Shown here: one piece after another, positions 50,253 to 63,714 of the stretch
Numbering within the stretch: position 1 is the stretch's first letter
How the letters are laid out: each line of letters starts with the position of its first letter
NCBI RefSeq assembly: GCF_006345805.1
Contig: NC_043001.1
Location: 123,194,001-123,258,000 of the forward strand
Source of the DNA: Octopus sinensis
Taxonomy: Eukaryota
Direction: 5' to 3'
Length of the DNA stretch: 64,000 bases
Notes under the pieces: model-generated
The model's database searches: none
The model's input: only the letters and a program-made list of their open reading frames with translations
Told to the model about the DNA's origin: nothing
Program-made: the position numbers and the translations under genes

Positions 50253-51241
50253 AGCATGTATACATGTACATACATATATATATACACACATATACAATAT
50301 GTGTGTTTGCGTATGCATGTATGTAAGTTTATGTGTATATGCGATGTTTTAGTGAATGTGGATATTGTATTACATTTTTGTCTATATATATTTATACGTA
50401 CGTAGCATGCAAGTTCGTATGTATGTATGCATCTATGTATGTATGTATGTATGTATGTATGTATGTATGTATGTATGTATGTATGTATGTATGTATGTAC
50501 GTATGTATGCATGCATGCATGTATGTATATATATGTATGTATGTGTGTGCGCGTGTATGTGCGTGCGTGCGTGCGTGTGTGTGTGTGTGTGTGTGTGTGT
50601 TTTATATGTAGGATCGTTCAGATTTCAGCACTTATGTTGCCGCATATACGTATAGATGGTGAGTTTGCTTTATTTGTCTCCATGTAATTTACCATATTAT
50701 TTCATTTTAGATATCGAAGCACTTAGAATGCAATTTTATTGACTATTGCGAAAATTTCGAGAAACAGAGTTCAGCTGTGCTGTCGATAACTATGTTTATC
50801 TATAAGAATCTGATAAAATTCTGATTTTTGAAATCATTTTAGGAAAATGTGTTCTGAAAGGTTTCCTTGCTGAATAAAGTAATTTGCTTTTCGCAAACTC
50901 GCACGTAGAATTAGTTCTAAATTTAAACTCTTCAATTTCTTTTTCTATAAAGTACTTTTCTATAATGGTGAGTTGCATGTATGTATGTATGTATGTATGT
51001 ATGTATGTATGTATGTATGTATGTATGTATGTATGTGCATAAGTGTGTGCATTCACTCATATACACATACGTACACACATAAATACACACACACACACAC
51101 GACACACACATATATATACAGTTCTATATTTGAGAGATGAGGAATTATATACGTTATTTACATTTGACTGATATTTGTCCTCATCTTGTACTCACCGGGG
51201 TTCTCATTCCTAAGATATTTTTCCGATGTTGTTGTTGTTAA

Positions 51242-51413
51242 CCTCCTCCTCCTCCTCCTCCCCTCCTCCTCCTCCTCCCCTCCTCCTCCTCCTCCTCCTC
51301 CCCTCCTCCTCCTCCTCCTCCCCATCACCAGTTTTTTTCATGGGGAAAATCCAGGTTTTTGCTATTATTATTATTATTATCATCATCATCATCATCATCA
51401 TCATTATCATCAT

Positions 51414-51445
<32 letters not shown>

Positions 51446-51482
51446 GCAGCATTATCATCGTTATTATTATTATTATTATTAT
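51242..51482. repeat. Compound (CCT)n(ATT)n(CAT)n(CAG)n trinucleotide repeat
   Basis: Read directly. Confidence 0.95.
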
Positions 51483-51489
51483 CAGAGAC

Positions 51490-51830
51490 AATGATTTATA
51501 ATAACAGTTGGTAAACTTTTCAACATTTTTAAGTGCTACCAGGTCACTTGCGACTGTTATATCAGTAATGAAAGTTTCGGAGAACTCTTTGACCTCCGAT
51601 TTAATGTCGGGTCGTCTATGCACGGTCACTGTGTTTTCTTTGCACATTAATGCCCCACAGAATTTTAGCAACGTTGTTTTCTGTGGTTGACTGTCCTATG
51701 TTTATTGCATTTTCATATGCGTTTTATCCATGGAGCTTACAGTGACCTTCCAGTTCAGTAACCCCTTAATCTGAATTTTCATCTCATCAGACGTCATTCT
51801 AACTGGATTATGTTTCATTCGCAGACTTGA
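51490..51830 (-). mobile_element. Decayed R4/Dong-type RLE domain fragment
   Basis: ENNVAKILWGINVQ / NTVTVHRRPDIKSEVKEFSETFITDITVASD..ALKNVEKF matches EN...KILWD...RRPDI...IIDI.V..D...K..EK. Confidence 0.7.
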
Positions 51831-52224
51831 TTACTAGTTTCTCATTCGCTCTCGCTAACCGCTTTGCATTCCTGTTAATGCCACTGGTCGAGAGAACTGA
51901 TCTGACCAAAAATGTGTTGATTCTTCCAGATTAGAACATCCATACTCTCCGGTCTCTCGATTCAAATACGTATAAAACTTCTGCTAGCTCGAATAAAAGA
52001 GCTTATTGAGCGATTCTTGCCAAGTTTTCAAAGTGGCACACAATCACTGATTTAAAAATAAAATTTTTTTTTTTCTAAATCTCTCAAAGAGAGGCATTCA
52101 GTAGCAGTTCTTTAAAGTAAAGGATATTTGCCTATATAATGTGGATGTTCTGTAAGGGACGATGATATTGTTGTTTTAGCCCCAAGAAACATCGTTTCTA
52201 GCAGGCTATACGACACAATATCTG

Positions 52225-52628
52225 TACAGGGTGTCCCAAAAGTACCTGACGGGTTTCAAGTTTTAATAACTTCCTTAACTTTACAAATAAATGCACAGCT
52301 AAAATTGTTACTGAATGTCACGAGGCACATTCTAGTGAAGTTGAGCATCTTTTCTGGCCATCACAGTCCCCAGATGTCAATATTATTGAACATTTATGGT
52401 ACATTTTAGAAAAACAAGTAAGGAGTCGATGTCCTCCACCATCATCGCTACAAGAACTGGAGACTGTTTTAGCTGAAGAATGGACAAAAATTCCTTTGGA
52501 AACAATTCAAACTTTGTACGAGTCCATACTTCATAGAATTCAAGCTGTAATTACTGCTATAGGCGGTCCTACTCTATAAATTTGTTTGAAATTTTAAGGC
52601 GTTTTCATTATTTTGTCCAACTTCTGTA
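52225..52628 (+). mobile_element. Internally deleted Tc1-like DNA transposon (transposase C-terminus), TA-flanked
   Basis: 52354-52579 reads WPSQSPDVNIIEHLWYILEKQVRSRCPPPSSLQELETVLAEEWTKIPLETIQTLYESILHRIQAVITAIGGPTL*, the classic WP.QSPDLN.IE.LW motif. Confidence 0.9.
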
Positions 52629-52668
52629 TATATATCTTATAATTATTTACATTATTTACATTTGACGG

Positions 52669-52723
<55 letters not shown>

Positions 52724-52732
52724 TAATAAAAT

Positions 52733-52940
52733 AATCCTTTCTACTAAAGGCAGGAGGCCTGAAATTTTGGGAGAGGGGACCAGTCAATTACATCGACCCC
52801 AGTGCTCAACTGGTATTTATTTTGTCGATCACGAAAGGATGAAAGGCGAAGTCGACCTCGGCGGAATTTGAACTTAAAGCGTAAGGACGGACGAAATACC
52901 ACTAAGCATTTCGCCCGGCATGCAAACGATTCTACCAGCT
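52733..52940 (-). mobile_element. SINE family B, tail type ii, with (AAT)n at 52670-52730
   Basis: Homologous to 5596-5810. Confidence 0.85.
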
Positions 52941-52945
52941 TGGAG

Positions 52946-53005
<60 letters not shown>

Positions 53006-53859
53006 CGTGTGTCGTTTCGTTATTGTAGGATAAACAAAAAGTTGTCAATCCAAAATTTAATAAACAGAATTTTCAAAGTGAGCCACTATAAATTTCCTGT
53101 TCCGATTGAACAGTAAACCGACAAGCTTGTATAGCATGCCATGTGCTATCCTGCAATCTTTCAGGCTCAAAATAAACCTGGCTGCTCTCTGAGAAAAGCG
53201 AGAGAGAACGAGAGATAAAATGAGAGATGGAAAGAAAAAAAAAGAGTGAACGGAGAAAAAGCGAAAAACGATTGAAAAGAAATAAATGAAAAGAAAAAAA
53301 GAGTTGTGTCCCTTCGGCCAGTTTGCATGGGAATTAGCAATGGTTGCGTGGGTTTATTTAGACGAGGAAAAGTTAAAAGCTATGAAACTGTCTAACGCGG
53401 AGAGGTTGGTGTCTCCAATTCGAGAGTAGAAACGAGATGCTTGTATGTTGTTGTGAAATACAAGTAAAAGCCGGAGATAGATTGCTATCGGCTTCGACAA
53501 TGAAAATTCCAGAAGGTCGACCAACTCCTTATTCACTGACTTAAGAACATTTGCATATTGCATGAACGCTCCACCAGACTGGCTTATTCACATTTTCTCA
53601 CTGCTCAGTTCGAAATGCAAAGCTTCGATGAACCCTAGAGTATGGTGAAACACTTTAACAATATGTCACGCTGCCATATGGAATCGCATGGGAACTTCTT
53701 AACCATTCAATCAGGTCTGCACTCATACTCTTAAAAATGCGCACAATGCACGCTTATACACACACACACATACACACACTAAGATGCATACATTCACACA
53801 TACATACATATACAAGATGGTCCATAATTGCTTTATTATTTTCACTTATACGTGCATAA

Positions 53860-54160
53860 TCATCATCATTGTTCGACCGTGGTCGAGACAATGGAATTTA
53901 CCATGCTACGCCAGACTTCACGGTCCATCATGGCATTACGGAGGTCCTGTTGCTGGATGCCTGTATCTCTGGAGATTACATCAGGGTAGGAGAGTGTGCG
54001 CCCTCTGGTATTGCGAGTAGATGGCTTCCAGAGGAGAAGAGTAGAAATTACCTCTTTTTCAGCTCTACAACAATGTCCAGCAAACTAGACTCTCTTACCT
54101 TTCACAAGAGATGACGCAGGTGGTAGTTTCCCATATATTTGCATTTTGGTTGGATGTGCA
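53860..54160 (-). mobile_element. RTE/RTE-X LINE 3' end with (TGA)n tail
   Basis: IYGKLPPASSLVKGKRV*FAGHCCRAEKEVISTLLLWKPSTRNTRGRTLSYPDVISRDTGIQQQDLRNAMMDREVWRSMVNSIVSTTVEQ*: FAGHC.R, RGR and DR..WR motifs. Confidence 0.85.
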
Positions 54161-54209
54161 TAATGGTAAAGTCATATATGGGCCTATCTGCCAGATGCCT
54201 GCCAGTCTA

Positions 54210-54792
54210 TCAAAATATTGGTGTCAAATTTTGGGACAACATCAGTAATTTAGGAGATGCTAAACTGGTAGTTATTTTATCGACTCCAAAATGATGAAGG
54301 GCAAAGTCGACCTCGGTGAAATTTGAAATTATTACGTACAGACAAACGAAACGCCGCCAAACATTTTGCCCTGTGTGTTCACGATTCTGCCAGCTCACCA
54401 CCTTATAGCTATCCCTATATTGGTTTCAAATTTTGGCGAAAGCTCAGCAATTTAGGAGAAGGAGATGTAGGTCGATTACATCGACCTCAGGGCTCAACTG
54501 GTGCTTATTTTATTGACCCTGAAAGGATGAAAGGCAAAGTCGACCTCTGCGAAATTTGAACTCAGACCGTGAAGACGGATAAAAGGCCACTAAGCATTTT
54601 GTCCGGCGTGCTAACGATTCTGTCAGCTCACCGCCCTATCTACCTATGTATTATTGTATATGCATATGTTTATATATATATAATATATATATATACCATT
54701 AAGTACCAGTTACGTACTAGGGTCGATGTAATCGACTTAATCCCTTTGTCTGTCTTTGTTTGTCCCCTCTATATTTAGCTCCTTGTGGGCAA
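54210..54792. mobile_element. Cluster of three SINE family B copies (54210-54400 -, 54418-54635 -, 54698-54792 + tail iii)
   Basis: Repeated GTCGAC core and tails. Confidence 0.8.
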
Positions 54793-54797
54793 TAAAG

Positions 54798-54914
<117 letters not shown>

Positions 54915-55259
54915 TGTGTGTGGTGTGTGTGTGTGTGTGTGAGTGTGTGTGTGCGCGTGCATGCGTGTGTGTATAGACATGCGTACTCACTCTCTCATAC
55001 GCATATACATTTACACATACGTGTATATTTCTGAGTTGAGCGTTGGGGCCTGAAGTAAAAGCAACAAGGAAAGAAAGGAACGATGAAAGAAAGAACGTAT
55101 TCAGGTGATCGATGAAACGAGAAAAATGAAGCAGGATTTATGTAAATAGAGATATCTGTCTAGGCATTGATCCAGACATTTTTTTATAGATTGGGTTGTC
55201 GTGTTGTTTGTAGAAATTGATATTGATTCATGGAAAAATAGCGGATGAGATACTTGCAC

Positions 55260-55326
55260 GTCTGTCTGTCTGTCTGTGTGTATGTATGACTTTCTGTCTC
55301 TGTGCCTGCCTGCCTGCCTGTATACC

Positions 55327-55375
<49 letters not shown>

Positions 55376-55454
55376 GCCTCTTCGTCTGGCTGTCTGTCTC
55401 TCTGTCTGTTCGTCCGCTATCTGCCCGCCTGTCTTTTGTCTGTCTGTCAGTCTG

Positions 55455-55499
<45 letters not shown>

Positions 55500-55500
55500 T
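55260..55500. repeat. (TCTG)n/(TCTA)n compound repeat
   Basis: Read directly. Confidence 0.95.
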
Positions 55501-57537
55501 AATCTGCCTGTATATATATTTTATCTATGCAGCTCATTAGGTATCTGAGGTCTAACGAAATGCCACTCTGTTCAACATCGCACACATCACGTAAATTTTC
55601 ACTTTGCACTTTTGCATGAACTGACGTTGAAGGCATGGCGGTCGCATGGTGCCACTCAGTCAATGTTGTTGACTGTGTTCTAGTTAGAGCTACGGTTTTA
55701 AAATCTGCTCAATGTTACCTCCCTTCGGTATTTTCCTCTGATAACGGTCAAAGACCTACAAACGCCTCCGAGAATCAAATAGGGGGCAACACTGAGCACC
55801 CTTTACCTTAAGAGAGAAAGTTTTCTCCACAGTAACTGCAGTGAATTTGCTTTTACTTTTAGAAGTTGAAATATGTCGCAAACATATTTTAACTGACCTA
55901 AAATTCCCACAAATATTCATTCGTTAGTATATTTTGTAAAATTCCACTACGAAGCTTTTTCATACTTAATGATATAAGAAATTTACGACAGATCACGTAC
56001 ACACGCAGAGGAAGTATCATTGTTTTGACACGAACCGACGATTCAACTACTGGTCGTTCGGTTGTGTATCAACTCAGCCAATTGCGTACATTAGTACATC
56101 TAAGATGCGAACAAGACTGGAATTATCATGTTATAAACGAACAGCCATTTACGATATAAAGTTTTTAGGTAGCAAGGAACCTCAATTTATCTTTGACATT
56201 GTAAACCTCTTCAAATTAGCCAAGATTAACGACCTGCTAGAAATAAAGACCAAATCTCCTTCATGGTAATCCTACGGTCTTAACAAAGGAAAGACATTTG
56301 GGATAACCTAGTCATACGTAGATAATGTCTGACAAAAGGAAAAAATGCGTTAGGAACGATTTAGTCGTGGATCCTGTTCAAAGATGACCAACGATTATAC
56401 AACCACAACAGTAATGACAAAACAACAATAACAAAAATAATCTTATTAAATGTGAATAAATCCCAAATGCATCTTATTACCACAGTCAATGAAATTCTTT
56501 TCTATATTCCTGAGTTCCTATAATTTATTCCCAGTATATGACGGTCCCATTTTCTTTCTGTATATGTGGCAAATTATATCCCATATCGTTAAAACCTAAT
56601 TTTTCTGTTAATGCTAGTGTCAAGACACTGAATACCCATTTGCTATCAATGCACTGTTTCTTTCTTCTTTCTTTTTTCCTTTCTCTTTCCTTTATTTCTT
56701 TCTCTCCCCACTCTCTTTCTCACACAGCACTCACTTTCACTATCTCTTTCTCATACAACACTTTCAGTTTCACTATCGCTTTCTCATCATGAGAGCCCAT
56801 CAATTTTTATCCTTATCTCATCATTGTAATCCAATCGAATTTTATTCCTTTTGATGATGACATTCACGTAAGATGAGGACGACGACAACAACGACGGTAA
56901 CGATAATGATAATGTTGATAATTATGGTGTCAACATTATTGTTATTGCTTCTATGAACTAGCGATGACGATGGTGGTAATGATGATGATACCGATGATGT
57001 TGATGATGACGACGACGATGACAACGGACAACGATGATGATGAAGATGATGATGATGATGATGATGATCGCTCTGAAGATGGTAATAAAGCGAAATGCTT
57101 TCTTACACCCACCCACTCTTACAGAAAAAGCACCCGTACCTTATAAAAAGAATGGAAATAAAATAGTTATTTCGAAACAAGCAAAATACCGATTCTTTTA
57201 ATAGCATATTTCTTTTGCAAAGATATTTTCAACACTTATTGTTTTTTTGTTCTTGAACATCAAAGAAAGCTTTAGCAGACAAAACAATTTTAATAAAAAG
57301 AACAAAATTAAAGAAGCGCAAAAGAAAAAATGAAAGCATTGATTTATATCGTCTTAATTCCTATTTCAAGCAGAATACATTTTTGATGAATAACCAAGGA
57401 TCTAACTAGAGATTCTACCCTTTGGTTAAAATTATCTCTTGTCTAATTGTCTAATCCTCTTTGCAACATCAACTAAGCTACAATGAATATAATTCATAAT
57501 ATATATATATATATATGTATATATACATGTATATATA

Positions 57538-57631
<94 letters not shown>

Positions 57632-57861
57632 TACATACACAGACACACACACACATACATACATACGCGCGCGCACACACATATTTTCTTGTTTGAGTCA
57701 TTTAACTGCAGCTATATACATCTAACTATCAAAACATAACATCACATACATAATATAGTATGCCGTACATACATATATCTCTCCATCCATCCACTCCTCT
57801 ATCCATCCACCCATCCATCCATCCATCCATACATACATACATACATACATACATACATACA

Positions 57862-57892
<31 letters not shown>

Positions 57893-60775
57893 TTGCGGTT
57901 GGATGGTAAGTTTCAAAATAAATTTCCTTAATAAGGATTTCTAACAAGATAACGAACAATGACTTTTATGGCGGCAGACATTTAGCTAACTGGTGTGTTA
58001 GACCTAATATGTGACTGTTACTTAAGGCGATGTGATCTGAAAAGCACAAATGGGCTCTGACAGGAGTTGAACCCAGTATGAACAGAAAATAAGCTAAGTA
58101 CTGAATGTAAGCCGGGGCTGTCTCATACATCTACTGATATTGGGATAGACTCATTCCTGCTATTTCTCGAACACATAAAAGTATGAAAGACTCATAAAAG
58201 CATTCCTCTCGAGTGAACTTGAACTTAAATCTTACTTAGGCCACCGGAACGTAGACTGCCCCAAAATATTTTAAAGCGTGTAATCCGATATTTTTGGCGT
58301 TGGAAATAGTTTTAAATAGAAAGGGAAGAAATGCCAATAAACTACTGAGGTCGAGTGTCCACCATTAACAACACCAAACAAGGTCGAAATCACGTGATAT
58401 GGTGATCTGGTGATCTCAGTGCTAGAGGTGACAGAGATTTGTCTCCCGGCTAGTATGTAAACAAGAATACATTTTAAATCAAAAAGCCATTGTGAGAGCT
58501 TCTCACATGGTGACTACCGGAGAATAGTTTGTTCTAAGATCTTCCATGTTTAAGTAGGGATAGATATTACCTCTCGGTATTGATAGTGCCTCTGTTGCTA
58601 ATATATATTTTTTAACTGAGAATTATGTCATCGTTGTTGTGGTTGGTGTTGTTATTTAGCAGCGGTCAGCTTTATTCGAGTTGACCACTGATTAAAGGTA
58701 TTCCAGCGATAAATTTCCAGCGTTTTCTTATGTGCAGGCAGCCCATGACCAAACAATCTAATTCAAGTTGTTGGCCAGATATGTGATTTGAAGGACATTT
58801 AATTGCTATTTCTAGCAAATCGAGCGATTACGTACAGTTTCTCTCGCTGGTTCGATTTTTAATTTAGGTGCAAAGCCTAAAATTTTAATGACAGAAAGTG
58901 TCGGTTATATCGACTCTTGTAATTGGCTGGGCTACTTTGATTTCGAGAATGAAAGGCGAAGTTGAAAACAGCAGGGATTTGAAATCGGAATATAAAGGTA
59001 AAAGAACCTAACTACAGTTTAGTATTTTGTCCATCTCTCAAACGACGTAACCAGAATACTCTCTAGCAGATTTATTGATGAACGTAAAGGTGAATGATAG
59101 AAATCGTGATGTTTATACTTTTGCCAAAAGTTATTAGCATATTAAATGAATCAATGAATCCAGAAAAGCCTCTGCTTCACGAGCCCTTAGGCTCGTGGCA
59201 GACTTCTCTAAAAATCGACATCTCGTGCTTATCTTAGACATCAATATATCTCTAACCGACGTGATAACTTCTACTTTAGCATATACCGTTCTGATATGAA
59301 ATACACGAAAAGTAAATAAAACAATTTTTTCGACTTGAAAAAGTAGCTTAATGTGTCTCAAATTATCTTAGCTTATAAAATACTGTACTTTATAATAAAC
59401 AAGAATGTTGTTAGAAAATGTAATGCCGAATTCAAAATAATAAAAAATGAACCAGTACTAAACATTATATAAAAGTTTTCTTGGGGGTGAGTGTTCCCTC
59501 GCAGATCTGTTACACCAGCGTAGGTCAATATCATGGTATAAAACATATAGGATATTGATATTGCACACACGGACATCTTAGATTGTATCCTAATGAAAGC
59601 CATCCGTTGCTTGATAAACAGCTATTCATCAACATGCTTATAACACTATGTCTCAGAACTTCTGTTACCATTACGACAACAGCCTCTGTTCCACCGAAGT
59701 ATGGTAGTTGTTTACAGTCATCCGCCATGGCTGCTTGACCCAGCCATCTTTCCTTCTATAATCATCTGTTTATATCTGCACTGTCTGACTCCGCATTAAA
59801 ACCATTCACTTAGAAATTCTTATTTCACGAATTTCCTTCCAACACACGTCTTAACCGCGCCTGTTCAAATTGAGCATTCGATTTAATCGTTCTTAGTAAT
59901 CTAAGGCGGTAAGTAAAAGTTATGAAAACTGCGTCTCTTTTACTTAGCTTATTGAACAATCGTCCCTCATAGCTTTTCCTTTAAATCAGAACTCTGTTTC
60001 TTATTGGAATTAATTGCTGCTCTGCAACAATTAATTCTACAGAAAGGTCTCTCAGTTCGCAAGAGTACACTGCTACATGAACCACGAGTGAATATATTAT
60101 TCAACTTGGACGGATTTCACCGTTAATGTATCTTCGTTTATAAGTATTACATTAAGCTAAGTCAATAATGGATTATAGACATATTAGGCAAAGAAGATCT
60201 GTCAGTGAGTTTAACTTATACTTGGAAGAGTATGCAATCTATTTATCTATGTATATGTATGTGATATCACAATTAGGATAAAGACCTAATGGGTGATGAA
60301 TTGTGGGAATCGTTAATGCGTCGGATAAAATACTTTGCGATATCTCTGATGACGTTTATGCCCCTAGGCCAACTTTGCTGACTTTATCAACTTTGTCATT
60401 CATCCTGACAGAGTTGATCAACTAATCGAGTATCGGGGTTGATGAAATTGGCCATTTCTTCTTCGTCACAAATTCTGTCTTTGCGCTTATGGCTTTTGAT
60501 CTTAACTGATTGGAAGTGTTATCATAACCATGTTTTGTCTTGCTACAGCAATTAATCTGCTCAGTACCACAGATTTGATTGTTAGTTGTTTCACCATAAC
60601 CAGTTGAGCATGTCCCTTAATAGCTGACGATATGTGCATTTCTGATAACGAGCAGGAGTAATGGGAGAACATCATAGCCATGTGTTGAGGAGGATTCTTT
60701 GGGGTTTCAATAATTCACATCTGGAAACATGGGTGTTTCGTCCATCACCCTTAAACAAACATTATCCAGGGACAT

Positions 60776-60925
60776 TCGTCTGTCTTTACGTTCTGAGTAC
60801 AAATCCGCCGCGGTAAACTTTGCCTTTCATCCTTTCGGGTCAATAAATTAAGTGGCAGTTGCGTACAGGGGTCGATCTAATAAACTAGCCTCCTCCCTCA
60901 AAATGTCGGGCCTTGTGCCAACCTG
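60776..60925 (+). mobile_element. 5'-truncated SINE family B
   Basis: TCGTCTGTCTTTACGTTCTGAGTACAAATCCGCCGCGG...GGGCCTTGTGCC. Confidence 0.75.
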
Positions 60926-61135
60926 AAGAAAATCCGACCTGGACCCCACCTGCAAGGTCATGCGCTGTTTATCTTGATATGAGATCACCATGACGCGCAG
61001 ATATAGTTGCGATGCATGTGCTTGGTGTGCCCTCATCAGACGGGTCGTCATGTTGGGTATACTGGGCTTCGTATATTTATACTCCAGTGTCACTTTGATG
61101 CAAGCATTGCTTTTTCACTCAATAATAATAATAAT
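60926..61135 (+). mobile_element. Probable LINE 3' UTR fragment with (AAT)n tail (Dong-like by recall)
   Basis: CCCCACCTGCAAGGTCATGCGCTGTTTATCTTGATATGAGATCACC...CACTCAATAATAAT; family assignment from memory only. Confidence 0.45.
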
Positions 61136-61139
61136 AAAA

Positions 61140-61510
61140 ATAGGTTTCAAATTTTGGTACAAGGCCAACAATTTCGTGCAATTACATCGACACCAGTGTT
61201 CAAATGGTAGGAAAGGATGAAAAGCAAAGTCGACCCCCAGCGGAATTTGAACTCAGAACGTAGAGGCGGACGAAATACCTATTTCTTTACTACCCACAAG
61301 GGGCTAAATACAGAGAGGACAAATAAGGACAGACAAACGTATTAAGTCGATTATATCGACCCCCAGTGTGTAACTGGTACTTATTTAATCGACCCCGAAA
61401 GGATGAAAGGTAAAGTCGACCTCGGCGGAATTTGAACTCAGAACGTAGCGGCAGACGAAATACCGCTAAGTATTTTATCAGACGCACTAACGATACTGTC
61501 AGCTTGCTGC

Positions 61511-61564
<54 letters not shown>

Positions 61565-61731
61565 TTCTACTATAGGCACAAGGCGTGAAATTGGGTGGAG
61601 ATTGGTTAAGTCGATTACATCGACCCCAGTATCAACTGGTACTTAATTTATCGACTCCGAAAGAATGAAAGCTAAATTTGACTTCGGCAGAAATTGAACT
61701 CAGAACGTAGCGATGGGCGAAATACCGCTAA
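61140..61731 (-). mobile_element. Tandem array of three SINE family B copies (61140-61279 tail i, 61280-61510 tail iii, 61564-61731 tail ii) with (AAT)n at 61511-61563
   Basis: Three GTCGAC/TTCGGC cores in the same orientation, each with a different tail. Confidence 0.85.
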
Positions 61732-62309
61732 AAGCTCAATAACAAAAAAATTGTTGAGGAATCAAAGCGCGTGACACTCATACTCCACCTCGACCAAAGT
61801 CATTGTGCTGTAAATGAAGCAAAATAATTTTAATTGGGAAAGGAATTTATAAATTTCAATCTCTATTTTTTTTTTAGCTGCTGATTAGTCAAATTGCAGT
61901 ACTGTGTTCGACTTAACCCGTTAGCTTGGTAGCGGTAGCAAGAAACTATTGTAATCTATTTACATAGTTTTCAGAAGTCCTGTAATCATCAAATATAGTT
62001 AGGAACATTAAGTTAAACAGATGTATCATTAAAATTACCTTAAGCAGCTAGAAATATACAAACCTACTTAATCGAAAACCAATCATATATTAGCGTATTA
62101 AGTGGCGCGCATGTGTGAACGCGGATAGATCTTCCTGATGTAGTAATATTAATTAATTAACATGGTATTATATTACAAGAATTTCTATCCAAATTGGCTA
62201 ATACTCTGACTTGTTTCACTCACAGCCAACTCCCTGGAGGATATTGAGACATTAGTGTTATCGCTGTTACCGACCTTTTCACACAACTCTTAGAATTGCT
62301 AACTAGGGT

Positions 62310-62329
62310 TTCTATTGTATGTATGAGTG

Positions 62330-62360
<31 letters not shown>

Positions 62361-63090
62361 TGTGTGTGTATGTGTGCTGTGTGTGTATGTGTATGCACGA
62401 GCGTGTGTCTGTATACATTCATGTACATATAGATGAGAACGCGTATATACTTGTTTGTGTGAATAAATAATATATGTATGCATGTACTATGTGTGTATGT
62501 ATGTATATATACATATGCATGCGCAAATGTATGCGTATAAACATACTTATATATGCATATATACCACATACACACATATATCTATATATATTTATATCTA
62601 TACTCATACACACACATATATAACAACGAGCACGCATTCACACACTCATATACTAATATAAATTTAAATGTATATATTCATTATGTATTAATGTATATAT
62701 ATATATATATATATACAGGCACACACACATACATATATATATATATAAGTATATATATACACATACATACATATATATTCATATATATATATATATGTAT
62801 ATACATACAGTCACAAGTTTGCCCAAACATATATATATGTATACATAAATATACGTACTCACAGCCGTATACATATATGTGTGTATATGCATATATATAT
62901 ATATATCTATATATATTATGTGTGTGTGATATATTTATATATGTAATTATATATATGTGTATATATGTACATATATATATATGTACATGATATATATATA
63001 TATATATATATATATGTAATTATATATACATGTATATATATGTATATATATACACAATTATATATATATATATAATATATGTATATATAT
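62310..63090. repeat. Compound (TG)/(TA)/(CA) microsatellite field
   Basis: Read directly. Confidence 0.95.
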
Positions 63091-63714
63091 GTAAGCGAGA
63101 AAGAAGCAACAAGAATGGATAGGTTTTTAGTACAATCGTTTCATACAAGGACAGGCTTTATTAAAAGTTGTAAAAATTACAGCATATAAACGTGTCCCGT
63201 ACTCATCAGCTAAAATACATGTGAGCTCTCTAGACATCCTAGTGGTTGAGGCTATACTCATGAAGTAATGTAGATAATTAAGTAACATAAACAGATTTCC
63301 AAAGTTCATATATGTATATATGTATACACACATATAAGTTTAGATGTATATCGTATCTATCTTACTTTTCTTTCCTGCCATTTTCCGATTCTTTGCATGT
63401 CTTCCGTCTGTGCCTACGTACATGCATAAGCATACATATAAATAGAAGATAACGATATGTAGACATCTCAAAAAAGAAAAAAAAAATGGGTTAATTAATA
63501 TATTTCAGTGTGTGTGTGTGAGTGTGTGTGTGTGTGTGAGTGTGAGCGCATTTGTATATGTGTGAGTGGGCGTGTTTGTGTTTGTGTATGTGTATGTGTG
63601 CGGCTGTGTGTGCAATCTGCTCATTAGAGAAGACGATCAGTTCAAATGCCAGACGGCCAACATCTAGCTGATTGAAAGGCTGCGGTTTGATCGATTCTCT
63701 TGTATTCTCAATAG

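Noticed and set aside
56860-57070. Asp/Met/Thr-rich ORFs from degenerate (GAT/GAC)n
   Set aside because: Decayed trinucleotide repeat without splice signals; also a caution for the candidate exon at 63715.
60926-61160. Idea that SINE B borrows its tail from the Dong-like LINE because both touch (AAT)n
   Set aside because: In element sense SINE B ends in (ATT)n and the LINE fragments in (AAT)n; they only abut tail-to-tail and share no 3' sequence.
63185-63215. CTGATGAG on the minus strand as a hammerhead core
   Set aside because: No GAAA after the putative stem II. Other CTGANGA hits (25256, 49635, 57072, 61034 reverse) likewise lack the rest of the core.
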